Source of the DNA: a virus
Lineage: Duplodnaviria > Heunggongvirae > Uroviricota > Caudoviricetes
Direction: 5' to 3' (one strand)
DNA: 49,917 nt
IMG/VR virus record: IMGVR_UViG_2718218131_000006
Shown here: piece by piece, positions 9,996 through 20,467 of the stretch
How the letters are laid out: each line of letters starts with the position of its first letter
Position numbering within the stretch: the first letter of the stretch is position 1
Made by a program: the position numbers and the translations under genes
The notes under the pieces: model-generated
Told to the model about the DNA's origin: nothing
Seen by the model: the letters and a program-made list of their open reading frames with translations, nothing else
Database searches by the model: none

Positions 9996-12571
9996 CGCCT
10001 GCCTCCGGAAAAGACGCCGCCATCACGCATCTGCGCCTGAATCTCATCCTGCGCCCCCTTGCGGGCCATGTCATACACCGCCTTCATCAGCTGCGGCCCC
10101 GCCTGTCCGTTGGTGCCGTCGTTCTGAATCACCACGTGATTGTTCTGATTAAAACTAATGCCTTCCGCCCGCCGCATCTGCGCCGGACTTCCGGCACCGC
10201 CCACATAACCACCTTCCGCATACCCGCGCATCAGACGATACAGGTTGCCGACGCCAATCCGGCTGGTTGCCTCCTTCGTGAAGACAAACTCCCCGCGGTG
10301 GACAATACCGGCAGGTTCGTATTTGCCACCGGTTCCCGTAAATCCTCCGGTCGCGAAATGGAAGTTCGCCGCCGCAGCCTGAATGGCCGTCCCCGTGGAG
10401 GCAGACGCCCCACCACCGAAAGCACCACCCATGGCGCTGCCAATACTCCCGACAATCCCCACCATGGCCTGCTTCAGAAAAATCTCTGTCAGCATGGAGA
10501 GCACAGAACGGGTGAAACCACGCCAGCTCTGTTCGCTGCCGGTCAGCATCGCTGCCATATTCTGTGCAATACCGTCAAAGGTCTGCGTGGCCACGCTTTT
10601 AACCTGCGAAAAACTGTCCGTCGCACTTTCTGCCCACTCGCCCCAGCCGGACTTCAGACCGGCCATCCAGCTTCCACGAAGCTGCTCCTCCGCAGACCAG
10701 GTGTTCTTCAGTGCAGATGTGGCCTTCGCCAGCGCATCCGGATTATCACCGTACACGTCACGAAGGCGCTGCTCTTCCGACTCCCGCTGCGCCTGACGGT
10801 CGGTGAGTCCGCGGGCTTTTGCGCTGATTGCCGCCTGCTTCGCACTCTGCTGCTGTTCAAACCGCGCAGCCTGCTGTGCCAGCTCATTCAGCCGTTTCTG
10901 GTGTTCAACTTTGTCTCCCAGCTCAGCCAGCTGGCGTTTGTACTCCAGCGTCTCTTTCTCATGGGTCAGCAGGGATTTTTCCTGCTCAGATAACTGCCGT
11001 TTCGTGGCTGCCTCTTTCAGGACCGCATACTGATTTTCCGCTTTCCATAAATCGCGACGCTGCTGGCTGATTTTCTCATTCGCACCGCTGTGTTTTTCCA
11101 GCGTCCGGAGCTCGGTTTCAAGCGCCAGCAGGGCAGCATGCGCCTGGTCTTCCTGACGCTCACCGGCTGACACTTTGACTCCTGACGACTTCGGCTTTTT
11201 CAGCGTCGATTCATAATCCTTTTTCGCCGCCGCCATCAGCGTGTTGTAATCCGCCTGCAGGATTTTCCCGTCTTTCAGGGCCTTATTCAGTTCTTCCTGA
11301 CGGGCGGTATATTTCTCCAGCGGCGTCAGCAGACGCTCATACGCCTTCTGCGCCTCTCCGGTATACTTCAGCTGTGATGCGTCCCGTTCGGCCCGGTCCC
11401 TGGCGGCCAGTTCACCGGCTTTTTCCATATCCGACTGCAGCGTGGCCGCTGCCAGCCCCAGACGGGCATTTTCCCGGTCATTCCATGCGCCCTGAAGGTT
11501 GGCCCGGAAAGAGGCGGTTTTTCCCCGGCGCTGGCTCCGGCTCTGGTACCACTGCCATTTTTTATCCGCCTCATCAAATGCCTTCTGTGCACTGGCGAGC
11601 ATATCCGCTGAGGACTCAGGACGACCGATATCCAGAATGGCATCCCACATCGATTTGAATGCCTTCCCTGTTTTATCCGCCCAGGTCTCCAGTGTTCCCA
11701 TGTTTTCTTTCAGGCGACGGGTCTGCTCATCAAAGCCTTTCGTGGCGATATCGTTCGCCGCCTGCAATGCCCCGGCCTCGTCTCCGGAACGCTGCAGCTG
11801 TGCAACATACGCAATCTGCTCTGCCGTCACGTTACGGAACTGGCGCGCCATCGCCATCAGTCCCGACGTCGGGTCGGTGGTCAGTTTTCCGAAAGCCTCT
11901 GCAACCTTGTCCACCTCCACACCGGATGCAGACGCAAAACGCGCGACACTCTGGTTGATGGCATCAAACTGTTCACCACCACGCACACCGGCATTCACCA
12001 GGGCTGCCAGTGACTCACTCGCCTGGTTAAACGTCAGCCCTGCGGCCTGTCCGGCTCTGGAGAGCGTCAGCATGCGATCGGCAGTCAGTCCGGACTGATT
12101 ACCGGAAAGAACCAGGGTTTTATTAAACGCTGAAAGCGTGGAATCCCCCTGGTACCAGGCGTACGCCAGCGCACCTGTCGCCACCGCCAGCGAGGTGACC
12201 CCGACCATCGGCAGGGTGATCGCACCGGCAAGTCCCCTGAACATGGGGATCATCCCGCCGAAGGAGTCCTTCACCTGACCGCCCTGTTGCAGCAGGATCA
12301 GCCAGGGATTCTGACCACCGGCAAGCTGCGTGGCGATATCCGTAAACTGTGCGGGCAGGGTTCGCATGGCCGCTTTATACTGCCCGACGGAAATCCCGGC
12401 TTTTTGTGCAGCCAGCGCCTGACGACTCAGGTTCTGCTCAACAACACCGGCGGTTTTTCTGGCGTCGGTATCCAGTCCGGAAAAATGACTCCTTACCCGG
12501 CTCATCTGCTCATCGAAACGGACCGCATCCAGACTCAGGTCAATAACAAGATCACCAACCGGCTGGGACAT
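9992..12571 (-). CDS. H: Tail tape measure protein H
   Basis: 859 aa; N-terminus MSQPVGDLVIDLSLDAVRFDEQM and long stretches match my memory of lambda H. Confidence 0.92.
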   Translation of the reverse strand: MSQPVGDLVIDLSLDAVRFDEQMSRVRSHFSGLDTDARKTAGVVEQNLSRQALAAQKAGISVGQYKAAMRTLPAQFTDIATQLAGGQNPWLILLQQGGQVKDSFGGMIPMFRGLAGAITLPMVGVTSLAVATGALAYAWYQGDSTLSAFNKTLVLSGNQSGLTADRMLTLSRAGQAAGLTFNQASESLAALVNAGVRGGEQFDAINQSVARFASASGVEVDKVAEAFGKLTTDPTSGLMAMARQFRNVTAEQIAYVAQLQRSGDEAGALQAANDIATKGFDEQTRRLKENMGTLETWADKTGKAFKSMWDAILDIGRPESSADMLASAQKAFDEADKKWQWYQSRSQRRGKTASFRANLQGAWNDRENARLGLAAATLQSDMEKAGELAARDRAERDASQLKYTGEAQKAYERLLTPLEKYTARQEELNKALKDGKILQADYNTLMAAAKKDYESTLKKPKSSGVKVSAGERQEDQAHAALLALETELRTLEKHSGANEKISQQRRDLWKAENQYAVLKEAATKRQLSEQEKSLLTHEKETLEYKRQLAELGDKVEHQKRLNELAQQAARFEQQQSAKQAAISAKARGLTDRQAQRESEEQRLRDVYGDNPDALAKATSALKNTWSAEEQLRGSWMAGLKSGWGEWAESATDSFSQVKSVATQTFDGIAQNMAAMLTGSEQSWRGFTRSVLSMLTEIFLKQAMVGIVGSIGSAMGGAFGGGASASTGTAIQAAAANFHFATGGFTGTGGKYEPAGIVHRGEFVFTKEATSRIGVGNLYRLMRGYAEGGYVGGAGSPAQMRRAEGISFNQNNHVVIQNDGTNGQAGPQLMKAVYDMARKGAQDEIQAQMRDGGVFSGGRR

Positions 12572-13016
12572 ATCTCACACCTCCTGGAATCCCCGCTGAA
12601 GCCATCATTAATGCGGCATCATCCACCATGACATCCGCCACATCCGCAGACGATAAAATATCGCCCCCTCCGTCCCCACCGAACCGGACGCCTCCGGCAA
12701 GTCCTGCCGCTTTCTGCATCAGCATTTTGTCCTCATCCAGCCTCTCCACCTGCTCTTCCTCATGCCGGGGGACAAGCAGACTGAAATCAGAGGGATGCAT
12801 ATCCGGATCGCAAAAAAACAGGCTGAGTACAGCGTACATCAGCCCGGAAAAATGCATATCCAGTTGGGTATCGAGAAAATAATGCGTACGGTAAAAATGT
12901 CGCCAGTCGGCATATTCGGTGGATGTCATCCCGGCAAGCATGGCGCGCCAGTCAGGCCTCCCCATCTCACGCGCCAGTCTGAGGGCAAAATTCAGCTCGC
13001 CGTCGAAGACTTTCCC
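12552..13016 (-). CDS. T: T portion of the G-T tail assembly chaperone, made by -1 ribosomal frameshift from G
   Basis: -1 frame stays open from the G GGA AAG slippery heptamer near the end of G down to the stop at 12552. Confidence 0.75.
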   Translation of the reverse strand, partial: GKVFDGELNFALRLAREMGRPDWRAMLAGMTSTEYADWRHFYRTHYFLDTQLDMHFSGLMYAVLSLFFCDPDMHPSDFSLLVPRHEEEQVERLDEDKMLMQKAAGLAGGVRFGGDGGGDILSSADVADVMVDDAALMMASAGIPGGVRYVPAGW

Positions 13017-13423
13017 GCAGAAAAATCATCATCAGTCAGCGCGTTATTTTTCGCCACTTCGGTGCTGTCAGTATCCGCATGAACAGCCCCGCTCATCCCG
13101 GACAGACGCAACACCACATCTTCCGCCCGGGCAATGGCATCCGCAGGCCAGGTGGTGAGCACCTCCTGTTCGATCTGCATCACAGCCTCATTCATTGACG
13201 GTGATGCCGTTTTCTGCGGATGGTTATGCCACAGGGACATCGCCACCAGAAACGCGCCGGTTCTGACGAGATCTTCCACGCTTACCTGCAGGTTGCCGCT
13301 GGATTCTGCCTGTTCTGCACGCCGTTTCAGGAGGGCAAGATGCTCAATACGCTGCAGCGCAGACAATTCGGAAAGCGTGACGGACACACCGTTATATTCA
13401 AATTGTTCTGTTTTCAGAAACAT
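12992..13423 (-). CDS. G: Tail assembly chaperone G
   Basis: From internal Met, MFLKTEQFEYNGVSVTLSELSALQRIEHLALLKRRAEQ matches my memory of lambda G. Confidence 0.88.
   Translation of the reverse strand: MFLKTEQFEYNGVSVTLSELSALQRIEHLALLKRRAEQAESSGNLQVSVEDLVRTGAFLVAMSLWHNHPQKTASPSMNEAVMQIEQEVLTTWPADAIARAEDVVLRLSGMSGAVHADTDSTEVAKNNALTDDDFSAGKSSTAS
13010..13016 (-). promoter_or_regulatory. Programmed -1 frameshift slippery heptamer GGGAAAG
   Basis: Minus-strand sequence GCG GGA AAG three codons before the G stop, identical to the lambda G-T slip site. Confidence 0.75.
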
Positions 13424-13436
13424 GTATGACCTCCGT

Positions 13437-14189
13437 TTACCCTGCAGCGCCCGCTTCAGTAACGGTGACTTCAGCCACTGCGGCGAACTGACCATTTCCG
13501 CTCACCACAGGGATCTGCACCTTACCTGTCGCCACGCCGTTTACCGTAATTGTCATATCTTTCACACTAATGGTGGCTTTCGACGGATCGGCGGAAACCG
13601 CTCTGAACGTCTTGTCGGTTGCACTTTCCGGCTCAAAAGAAACCGTCAGGGTGGTTGTTTTCCCTTTTGCCACCGTACCGGATGTCGGCGTCACCTTAAT
13701 CGCAGTGACCGGCGTAATTTTGCTGCGTTCTTCCGCTACAGAAGGTTTGCCCACGTTGGTCACTTTCACCGTGCGGGTGATCACTTCTTTCGCCGTCACG
13801 GCCTTACCGATACTGCTGACCCAGCCACGAAACACATCCACCGTGCCGTTCGGAAAACGGATTTTATAGGCCCGCACATCCCCGCTTTCAAACCAGCCTA
13901 TAAGCCCTTTCTGACCTTCTTCTCCCGGTTTCCAGGCCAGCGTAAAACTGGTATCTCCTGCAGACTTCTGCCCCTGCCCGGTCGCGGTCCAGTCCGCGTC
14001 TTCATCATCCAGGTAGTTATCATCGTAGGGTTCTGCCGTCATCTCGCCCGGCGTCAGATCCTTCACCTTAGCCAGTCGCAGCCAGTCATCGTCTGACAAC
14101 GGGTTTGCATAGGCGTCACCCTGACCGTTATAAACCCACAGGGTGGTACCGGCACCTTTTACCGGCTCAAGGGGATTTGGTGTTGACAT
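13437..14189 (-). CDS. V: Major tail protein V with C-terminal Ig-like domain
   Basis: 250 aa in the lambda V position between U and G, close to lambda V length; Thr/Val-rich C-terminal region consistent with an Ig-like domain. Confidence 0.88.
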   Translation of the reverse strand: MSTPNPLEPVKGAGTTLWVYNGQGDAYANPLSDDDWLRLAKVKDLTPGEMTAEPYDDNYLDDEDADWTATGQGQKSAGDTSFTLAWKPGEEGQKGLIGWFESGDVRAYKIRFPNGTVDVFRGWVSSIGKAVTAKEVITRTVKVTNVGKPSVAEERSKITPVTAIKVTPTSGTVAKGKTTTLTVSFEPESATDKTFRAVSADPSKATISVKDMTITVNGVATGKVQIPVVSGNGQFAAVAEVTVTEAGAAG

Positions 14190-14196
14190 ATCGTCC

Positions 14197-14592
14197 TCAC
14201 ATCTCGTATGTAATGGAATAAGTCAGATCCGCAGAACTCCATAACGCCATATCGTCATCACGACGATACTCATAGCCCTGCGTAACCATCGTGGTAATCA
14301 GGTCTGCCAGTGCCGGGATCGCAGTCATCGCCGGATAAATCCGGCTTTCCATCCACGAATCCAGCTCCGAATCCGGTACCTGTGCTGGTAAAAACACCTC
14401 AATATGCAGTGTGGCCCGCCAGGTATCTGCATCCAGCTCTTCACCGGTATACTCTGCATCCGTCAGATAAACCGCGACCGCGGGAAAATCCTCTTCGTCA
14501 AAAACAACGGGGCGACCATCAAACAGCGTCGCCCCGTGTTCATGCAGCTCCAGTGCATCCAGCACTGCAGCACGGATATCAGTATGTTTCAT
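14197..14592 (-). CDS. U: Tail terminator protein U
   Basis: 131 aa, same as lambda U, in the lambda U position between Z and V. Confidence 0.88.
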   Translation of the reverse strand: MKHTDIRAAVLDALELHEHGATLFDGRPVVFDEEDFPAVAVYLTDAEYTGEELDADTWRATLHIEVFLPAQVPDSELDSWMESRIYPAMTAIPALADLITTMVTQGYEYRRDDDMALWSSADLTYSITYEM

Positions 14593-15122
14593 CGTTTTAT
14601 CGCAATCCTCAGTTGTTGTTTCAGCGCGTATGCCAGTTCTCCGGGCAGACGTTCACGCCGGATACGGTCAACATTCTCATCAAACGCCTGTTTCAGTGGG
14701 GCCGCCATCGGGATTTTCACCACATCAATGGGGTAACGGTTTTTCCCGACCACACGCTGCATGACATGCCAGCGACCATTTTTTAATCGCTGAATAAATG
14801 CCCGCTGATAACGATGCTGACCGGCTTTGAGTATGCTGTCCGGACGACGCCCCGGCATCCTGATCCCCAGCTTAATCACCGGGAGATCACCGCGGTTAAC
14901 GATAATTCTGGCATTCGGATTTCTGACCGTGGCCCGTTTCAGTCTGGACCGTTCCTTAACCAGTTTCCGTCTCACCCTGGTTTCCCGGGCAACCTGTGAT
15001 GAAGACTGATTAATCGCCGTTGTGGCCACGCGGTTAATGGTCATTGCAGAAGCCGCCGGAATGGCGTTTTTACGAACCCGGCTCAGATTATCAATCGCCT
15101 GCTCAAGCCCTTTTATCGCCAT
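14589..15122 (-). CDS. Z: Tail completion protein Z
   Basis: N-terminus MAIKGLEQA...RVATTAINQSSSQVARETRVRRKLVKER matches my memory of lambda Z. Confidence 0.88.
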   Translation of the reverse strand: MAIKGLEQAIDNLSRVRKNAIPAASAMTINRVATTAINQSSSQVARETRVRRKLVKERSRLKRATVRNPNARIIVNRGDLPVIKLGIRMPGRRPDSILKAGQHRYQRAFIQRLKNGRWHVMQRVVGKNRYPIDVVKIPMAAPLKQAFDENVDRIRRERLPGELAYALKQQLRIAIKR

Positions 15123-15137
15123 AATTTCACCCTGCGT

Positions 15138-15491
15138 TTATCGTCGCCGGTTAACGGCGGGTGGTTGCCCACGGTTGAGCCAGAGATAACAGCTGCCCCC
15201 GTCATCCGGAGAAACACGATCCACCCAGAATATCTCACCATTAATGGTCAGCGTGTCACCACGCCGCACAGCACGAACCGTATCCGTCCGCACAAATAAT
15301 GACGGGCTGCTTCCTTCAATACGGACCCCGCTACCGGCAAATCCCAGCGACTCCGGATCGTCAAAAACCCCCTGAACTTCTCCGCCACACTGTGCCCCCG
15401 AGGTGAACTGTGCACAGAGCCCCATCACTTCAACAATCGTACTGTCCACCCCGGCAAGGGCAGCATCAAAGGCATTCTGAAAATCACGCAT
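15138..15491 (-). CDS. FII: Head-tail connector protein FII
   Basis: Conserved VRIEGSSPSLFVRTD and WVDRVSPDDGGSC...PPAVNRRR as in lambda FII; start chosen at MRDF by alignment. Confidence 0.85.
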   Translation of the reverse strand: MRDFQNAFDAALAGVDSTIVEVMGLCAQFTSGAQCGGEVQGVFDDPESLGFAGSGVRIEGSSPSLFVRTDTVRAVRRGDTLTINGEIFWVDRVSPDDGGSCYLWLNRGQPPAVNRRR

Positions 15492-15858
15492 AAACAGCCA
15501 TTCCGCCATCAACGTGTGTTTTTGCATCTGAGGACATAATCAGAATCACCCGACCAACATCCGCAATCTCAACGGATTCCCCTGTTTCACCATCAATGCT
15601 ACAGAGATGGAGGCAGGTCAGAACTCTGATGCGCGTTAACGCACCGGATGTATCCTCACGAACATCATGAGCCGCGGTTTCCCGCTCCCGGATCACCGTA
15701 TCCCCAACCTGAACATCCTCGCCGGATGACTGTATTTCCTCTTCCCATTCCGCCACCCGCTGCGCTATCTCTGCGGCACTCCCGGATATATCCGGCTCAC
15801 GCCCCAGAATCAGGGCCAGTTCATCAAGCCGTTTCAGATTTTGCTCTTTCGTTGCCAT
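15484..15858 (-). CDS. FI: DNA packaging protein FI
   Basis: Position between E and FII; AGGGGG ribosome-binding site before ATG at 15858; acidic protein. Confidence 0.7.
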   Translation of the reverse strand: MATKEQNLKRLDELALILGREPDISGSAAEIAQRVAEWEEEIQSSGEDVQVGDTVIRERETAAHDVREDTSGALTRIRVLTCLHLCSIDGETGESVEIADVGRVILIMSSDAKTHVDGGMAVYA

Positions 15859-15909
15859 ATCAGCCCCCTGTGAAAAAAGACACGGGGGCATTTCGCCCCC
15901 GCTCACGGA

Positions 15910-16938
15910 TTATTTCACCTGTACCACCACAAACTCATCCGGGTCCGGCAACACCATCAGCGGCGCGGACTGCGTCATGGTAAATTCACGGGCGGGATCC
16001 CCCACCGTCAGCCAGTGTTTCGGATAACGGGAAGAGGCCACCACACCTTCGGACAACGCCTGCGCATCCTGAATGGCACCGTAACAACGGATCCCATCTG
16101 CAGCAGTATTCCCCAGAACCAGCATGCCCTCCGGCAGATAACGTTTTTCGATACCGTCTTCTGCTATATAAGACGTTTTCGCCACCACAATGGCCAGATC
16201 GCCGTAATACCCCTTGAAGGACACCACTGCGCCCAGATCTTTCACTGCCGTTTCGAGTTGAGAATTTGAACCGCGACGGGTATCCAGTTTTTCGCGGAAC
16301 AGCTTAAAACCATTCAGAAGACGCCAGACGGTACCGTCCATAATGGCAATATTCACAAGACCGCTGGCCTGGTCGCAGTAGAGGTCAAGATCATGTGTAG
16401 GATCGAACGTGTCACGATCCTGTTTTGACCACTCCTTACCACTACCCTGAGTGATGTTATTCTTCGTCGACCTGCCAAAATCGACCTCAATTTTCTCGAA
16501 CTGGTCTCCTTCCATCGTATATTTGCCATACAACACAGCATTTACCGCCTGTATTTCTTCCACCTGGACAATCGCGTGCTCTTCCTGTTTGAGGTTATCG
16601 GTAATGATACGCAGACGGCGGTAAGCCGGATCGTTCAGTTGAGCCGGATCTTCACCAGGAAGGCGCTCAACCGCCTGCTGGTAATTAAATTCGTGTTTCG
16701 GCTTGACGTAGCCCGGACGTAACACGCGGGTTTCACCACCACGATGACGCAGCACTTTTCCTTCAACAACCGGGGAGACATAGGCCGCCACCGGCGTTTT
16801 TCCGGTAATTTTGTCCAGCATCACCTCTTCGGTATGGAAATTCACCGTACGGCGGAAAAACAGCTCCAGAAACAGCGCACGAAATTTCACTTTTTGTTCG
16901 GTATAACCGAGTAACTGGCGGGTCGTAAACAATCCCAT
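15910..16938 (-). CDS. E: Major capsid protein E
   Basis: 342 aa; many blocks match lambda E (RPGYVKPKHE, DPAYRRLRI, KYTMEGD, DTRRGSNS). Confidence 0.92.
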   Translation of the reverse strand: MGLFTTRQLLGYTEQKVKFRALFLELFFRRTVNFHTEEVMLDKITGKTPVAAYVSPVVEGKVLRHRGGETRVLRPGYVKPKHEFNYQQAVERLPGEDPAQLNDPAYRRLRIITDNLKQEEHAIVQVEEIQAVNAVLYGKYTMEGDQFEKIEVDFGRSTKNNITQGSGKEWSKQDRDTFDPTHDLDLYCDQASGLVNIAIMDGTVWRLLNGFKLFREKLDTRRGSNSQLETAVKDLGAVVSFKGYYGDLAIVVAKTSYIAEDGIEKRYLPEGMLVLGNTAADGIRCYGAIQDAQALSEGVVASSRYPKHWLTVGDPAREFTMTQSAPLMVLPDPDEFVVVQVK

Positions 16939-16995
16939 AAATCAGTTCCTTTCATTCAGAAATCAGTCAGGCCACCGCGGTGGCCTGATAACGTG

Positions 16996-17343
16996 TTACG
17001 GCAGCGCCGCGTGACTCAGGGCACTGCCGGCAAAGGCATTTGCCTTTTTGTGTTCATCCACACTTTCAGGCCAGCGGATTGCCTCCGTCGCAAAGGTCCC
17101 CGACTTGTAATAGGTCAGTACCGTCTCTGTGCCTTCAAGCGGCAGTACCAGTATGCCAACTGCACTACCGGCTTTCTGTCCGTCCCAGACCACCAGTTTC
17201 CCGCTGGCTTCATCCAGCATCAGGGGCGTCAGTGCCGGTGTTGCCGAGGAAATCCCGCTGCTGCCTGTGGCGGTATGAGCCGGATCATTACCGGCAAAAA
17301 TACGTACTTCCGCACGCTGTTCAGTGATGGTTTTCGTTACCAT
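16996..17343 (-). CDS. D: Head decoration protein D
   Basis: 115 aa in the lambda D position immediately upstream of E, close to lambda D length. Confidence 0.85.
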   Translation of the reverse strand: MVTKTITEQRAEVRIFAGNDPAHTATGSSGISSATPALTPLMLDEASGKLVVWDGQKAGSAVGILVLPLEGTETVLTYYKSGTFATEAIRWPESVDEHKKANAFAGSALSHAALP

Positions 17344-17379
17344 ATTGTAAAAACCTCCTGTTGATGATCAGCACTGACT

Positions 17380-18885
17380 TCATGGCATGGCCATGAGCAT
17401 TTTCACGTCCGCATCACCGTCTGCTGACGTCTGTGGCACGCCACCCTGTACCGCTGCCGGTGAATGGTTCGCCATGATGCGTTCAAACAGGGCGGTTGTG
17501 GATGCAGAGACCGGTTCTGCCTTACCTGATCCCGCAGCCAGCACAGCCCGGGCGCTCTCCACAGTCATTCCCGGGCAGGCAGCCAGTTGTTCAGCCTGCG
17601 CCTCAGCCCCTTTTGCCTCATCCAGTGCCATGATCTGATCACGGAGTGAGGGTCCGGCATCCGCCTGCGGTGAAGCAGCCAGGATCGGGCGGGCTTTTTC
17701 CACCGTCATCTCCGGCATCGCCGCCAGCGTTGCCGCCAGTTGTTCACGACCGTTCGCTTCTTCACACGCCATAATGCGATCGGCTTCACTCTGCGTGGAT
17801 GCCACCGGCTGCTGCGGTGCCGCCGCGGCCAGAATCGCCCGGGCCTGTGCAACGCTCATGCCCTGTTGTCCTGCCAGCATCGTGGCAAGCTGTTCACGTC
17901 CTTTCGCTTCCTGGCATGTCAGGATCCCCATCACTCGCTGGTTCTCCTGCGCGGCGGCTTCCGTTGCAGTTAATTGCGGCATAGTGCCTCCTCTGACATT
18001 ACTGTTCAGCGCCGTGGCCATCACACTGATGGCATCCGACGCATTGACTAATTCATCCGCCAGCCCGGCCTCAATGCCGGACTGACCTTCAAAAACGGCG
18101 GCCTCTGTTCCCGTGACGGCATCAACAGACAGACCGGTAAACATCGCCACTTTTTCGGCAAACATCCGGCGCGCCGCATCAATGCGCTGCTGCATGTCCT
18201 GGCGAACCTCTGCCGGTAAGGCTTCAAACTGATTGCCATCCACCTTGTGCGCCCCTGAGTAAATCAGCGTGATATCCACACCGGCCTGCGCCAGATGACC
18301 GGCATAGCTGACATGGCTCATCATCACGCCAATGGAGCCGATACGGGATGTCTGGGTAACCAGCCGTCGGGAGCAGGCCGACGCCAGCAGCATGGCTGCA
18401 GAACAGGCCGTGTCATTGCACAGTGCCCAGACCGGCTTCTGCTGACGGAGGCGGTAAATCATGTCAGCGCAGTCAAACGCGCCGGCGGCCTGCCCGCCCG
18501 GACTGTCAATGTCCAGCAGTATGCCCCGCACCTGGCTATCTGCCATTGCCTGCTGAAGACAGGCGACAATGCCGTCATAGCCAGTCATTCCGGAAAATGG
18601 CCGCATCCCCCCCAGCCGGTGCACCAGCGTGCCGGTCACCGGCAGTACCGCAATACCGTTCACCACCCGGTAAACACGGGCCGGTCGTTTACCTCCGGCC
18701 ATGTACTCGTCCGTTTCAGCCAGCATTCCGGGAGCATCAAGCTGTACCTGCTGTTGTGGTACCGAAAGACTTGCTGCCCCCATCTCGCGCCCGAGCGCGC
18801 AAAAGAAAACCCGCGCATAGGCGGGCTCCAGAAGCAGCGGTTCATTGAATGCTGCGGCAATAATGTGTGAAAGATTACGTCTCAC
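17380..18885 (-). CDS. C: Head maturation protease C (S49/ClpP-like), probably with nested scaffold Nu3 in its C-terminal part
   Basis: Position between B and D; Ala-rich C-terminal region with three tandem roughly 37-aa repeats. Confidence 0.8.
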   Translation of the reverse strand: MRRNLSHIIAAAFNEPLLLEPAYARVFFCALGREMGAASLSVPQQQVQLDAPGMLAETDEYMAGGKRPARVYRVVNGIAVLPVTGTLVHRLGGMRPFSGMTGYDGIVACLQQAMADSQVRGILLDIDSPGGQAAGAFDCADMIYRLRQQKPVWALCNDTACSAAMLLASACSRRLVTQTSRIGSIGVMMSHVSYAGHLAQAGVDITLIYSGAHKVDGNQFEALPAEVRQDMQQRIDAARRMFAEKVAMFTGLSVDAVTGTEAAVFEGQSGIEAGLADELVNASDAISVMATALNSNVRGGTMPQLTATEAAAQENQRVMGILTCQEAKGREQLATMLAGQQGMSVAQARAILAAAAPQQPVASTQSEADRIMACEEANGREQLAATLAAMPEMTVEKARPILAASPQADAGPSLRDQIMALDEAKGAEAQAEQLAACPGMTVESARAVLAAGSGKAEPVSASTTALFERIMANHSPAAVQGGVPQTSADGDADVKMLMAMP

Positions 18886-20467
18886 GTGGTGTTGTCTCCT
18901 CTTCCGGCCTGCGACTCTCCGCTATCTGCTGCTGATACGCCTGCGCTATCCACACCGGACGTGAGAGTCCGGCTTTTTCCCGCTCTGCAGATTCCCTGAC
19001 CTGCTGGCGGAAAATGTCCTGATAATCCTCGCCCATCAGCGCCAGCTCTTTCTCATACGTGCTCAGTCCGGCCTCAATGCGCATCACTGATTCCTGAACC
19101 TCCTTGAGCCCGTCAATGGCCATTCTTCCGGCTCCAATCCACTCAGCCCGTGACCAGGCTGATCGCGCCTGATAAAAATCAAAACGTGCCCGTGGCGGAC
19201 GAATAATCCCCCGAAGAAGTGCCTCTTCCAGCCAGCAGGAAAACATCTGCGTGGCCAGCCGGGACGCAATAAATTTTCGCCGCCCCATAAAATAGCGCCA
19301 CGACTCATTGGCGGATGCGCGGGCACTTGAATAACTGACCTTCGAGTAATCACGGGACAACTGTTCGTAGGAAACGCCAAGACCGGCGGCGATATACCGC
19401 AGCAGCGCCTGTTCAAGCGCCGAAAATCCATTGTCTGAATCCTGCGCGGTCTGAAGTTTCAGATCATCACCGGGGAAAAGGTGCGGAATTTTGACACCGC
19501 CCAGCGTCACGCTATTCGTGTCATACCAGGTGGAGAACTTATCCAGAATATTAATAAGCGGATTATCCTTCTGCCCCTGCGGCGCACCGGCGATATATTC
19601 AAAGGCCTTTTCGGTATCAAGGTCACTTTCAATCGTCGCTGCATACATCGCCTTCACTATGGCCGACTGAAGCTGTGTTGCCTGCAGGGAATCGAGCATC
19701 TTCAGCCGTTCCATTACGCTGTAAAACTGATTGGCCCCACGGGTCTGCCCGTCCTCCACCGGCTCGAAAATATGCAGCATGGCCGGACGCCCGGTGGGAA
19801 GTTCACGCGGGATCCGTTCCCATCGTCCACTCCCAGAGAACGGAAAATCATCCTCACAGATATGGTACGCAACGGCACGACCATATCGATCGACCTCCAC
19901 ACCGGCCCGCAGAAAACGGTTCCCCATACCGTGTCCTGGCGTGTCCACCCGTTTCGGACTCACGGCTTTAAAACGCGTACGAAACAGTTGCGTGCTCTCC
20001 GTATCCCAGACCGGCTGCACAAAGATTTCGCCGTTAAACGCATGAACGCCCACACCTTCACGAATAAATTCCGTAAACGTGCGTTTCTCTTCCACGTCGA
20101 TCTCGCCAGACATCCCTTCGGCGTATTCCGACCAGGCCGCCTCCACCTCATCGACAAAACTTTTTGCCGCAGTCTCCCGCATCCCCAGCCAGCGCCAGTT
20201 CGGACGGTAGCTGATCAGAAACATATGCCCGACAATATGATCCTTATGCAGGGCCACCGCATTGGCCGCTATCCCGTTATTGCGCACCAGATCATCTGCC
20301 CGGGCATTCCCCAGACGCAACGCAGGCAGCAGGGCTGCATCGGCACTCTGCGCCGGTGGCAACCACTCCGCCATTTGCCCGCCAAATCCTGCGCCGCCCC
20401 CGTTGTAGCTGAGACTCTCACGAAGCGGAACGCCGTTCACATCAATCAGGACAGGCGTTCGTTTCAT
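18875..20467 (-). CDS. B: Portal protein B
   Basis: 530 aa in lambda position between W and C. Confidence 0.88.
   Translation of the reverse strand: MKRTPVLIDVNGVPLRESLSYNGGGAGFGGQMAEWLPPAQSADAALLPALRLGNARADDLVRNNGIAANAVALHKDHIVGHMFLISYRPNWRWLGMRETAAKSFVDEVEAAWSEYAEGMSGEIDVEEKRTFTEFIREGVGVHAFNGEIFVQPVWDTESTQLFRTRFKAVSPKRVDTPGHGMGNRFLRAGVEVDRYGRAVAYHICEDDFPFSGSGRWERIPRELPTGRPAMLHIFEPVEDGQTRGANQFYSVMERLKMLDSLQATQLQSAIVKAMYAATIESDLDTEKAFEYIAGAPQGQKDNPLINILDKFSTWYDTNSVTLGGVKIPHLFPGDDLKLQTAQDSDNGFSALEQALLRYIAAGLGVSYEQLSRDYSKVSYSSARASANESWRYFMGRRKFIASRLATQMFSCWLEEALLRGIIRPPRARFDFYQARSAWSRAEWIGAGRMAIDGLKEVQESVMRIEAGLSTYEKELALMGEDYQDIFRQQVRESAEREKAGLSRPVWIAQAYQQQIAESRRPEEETTPRET

Noticed and set aside
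9722-10993. 423-aa plus-strand ORF
   Set aside because: Antisense to tape measure H and M; low-complexity Arg/Pro-rich translation typical of GC-rich antisense frames
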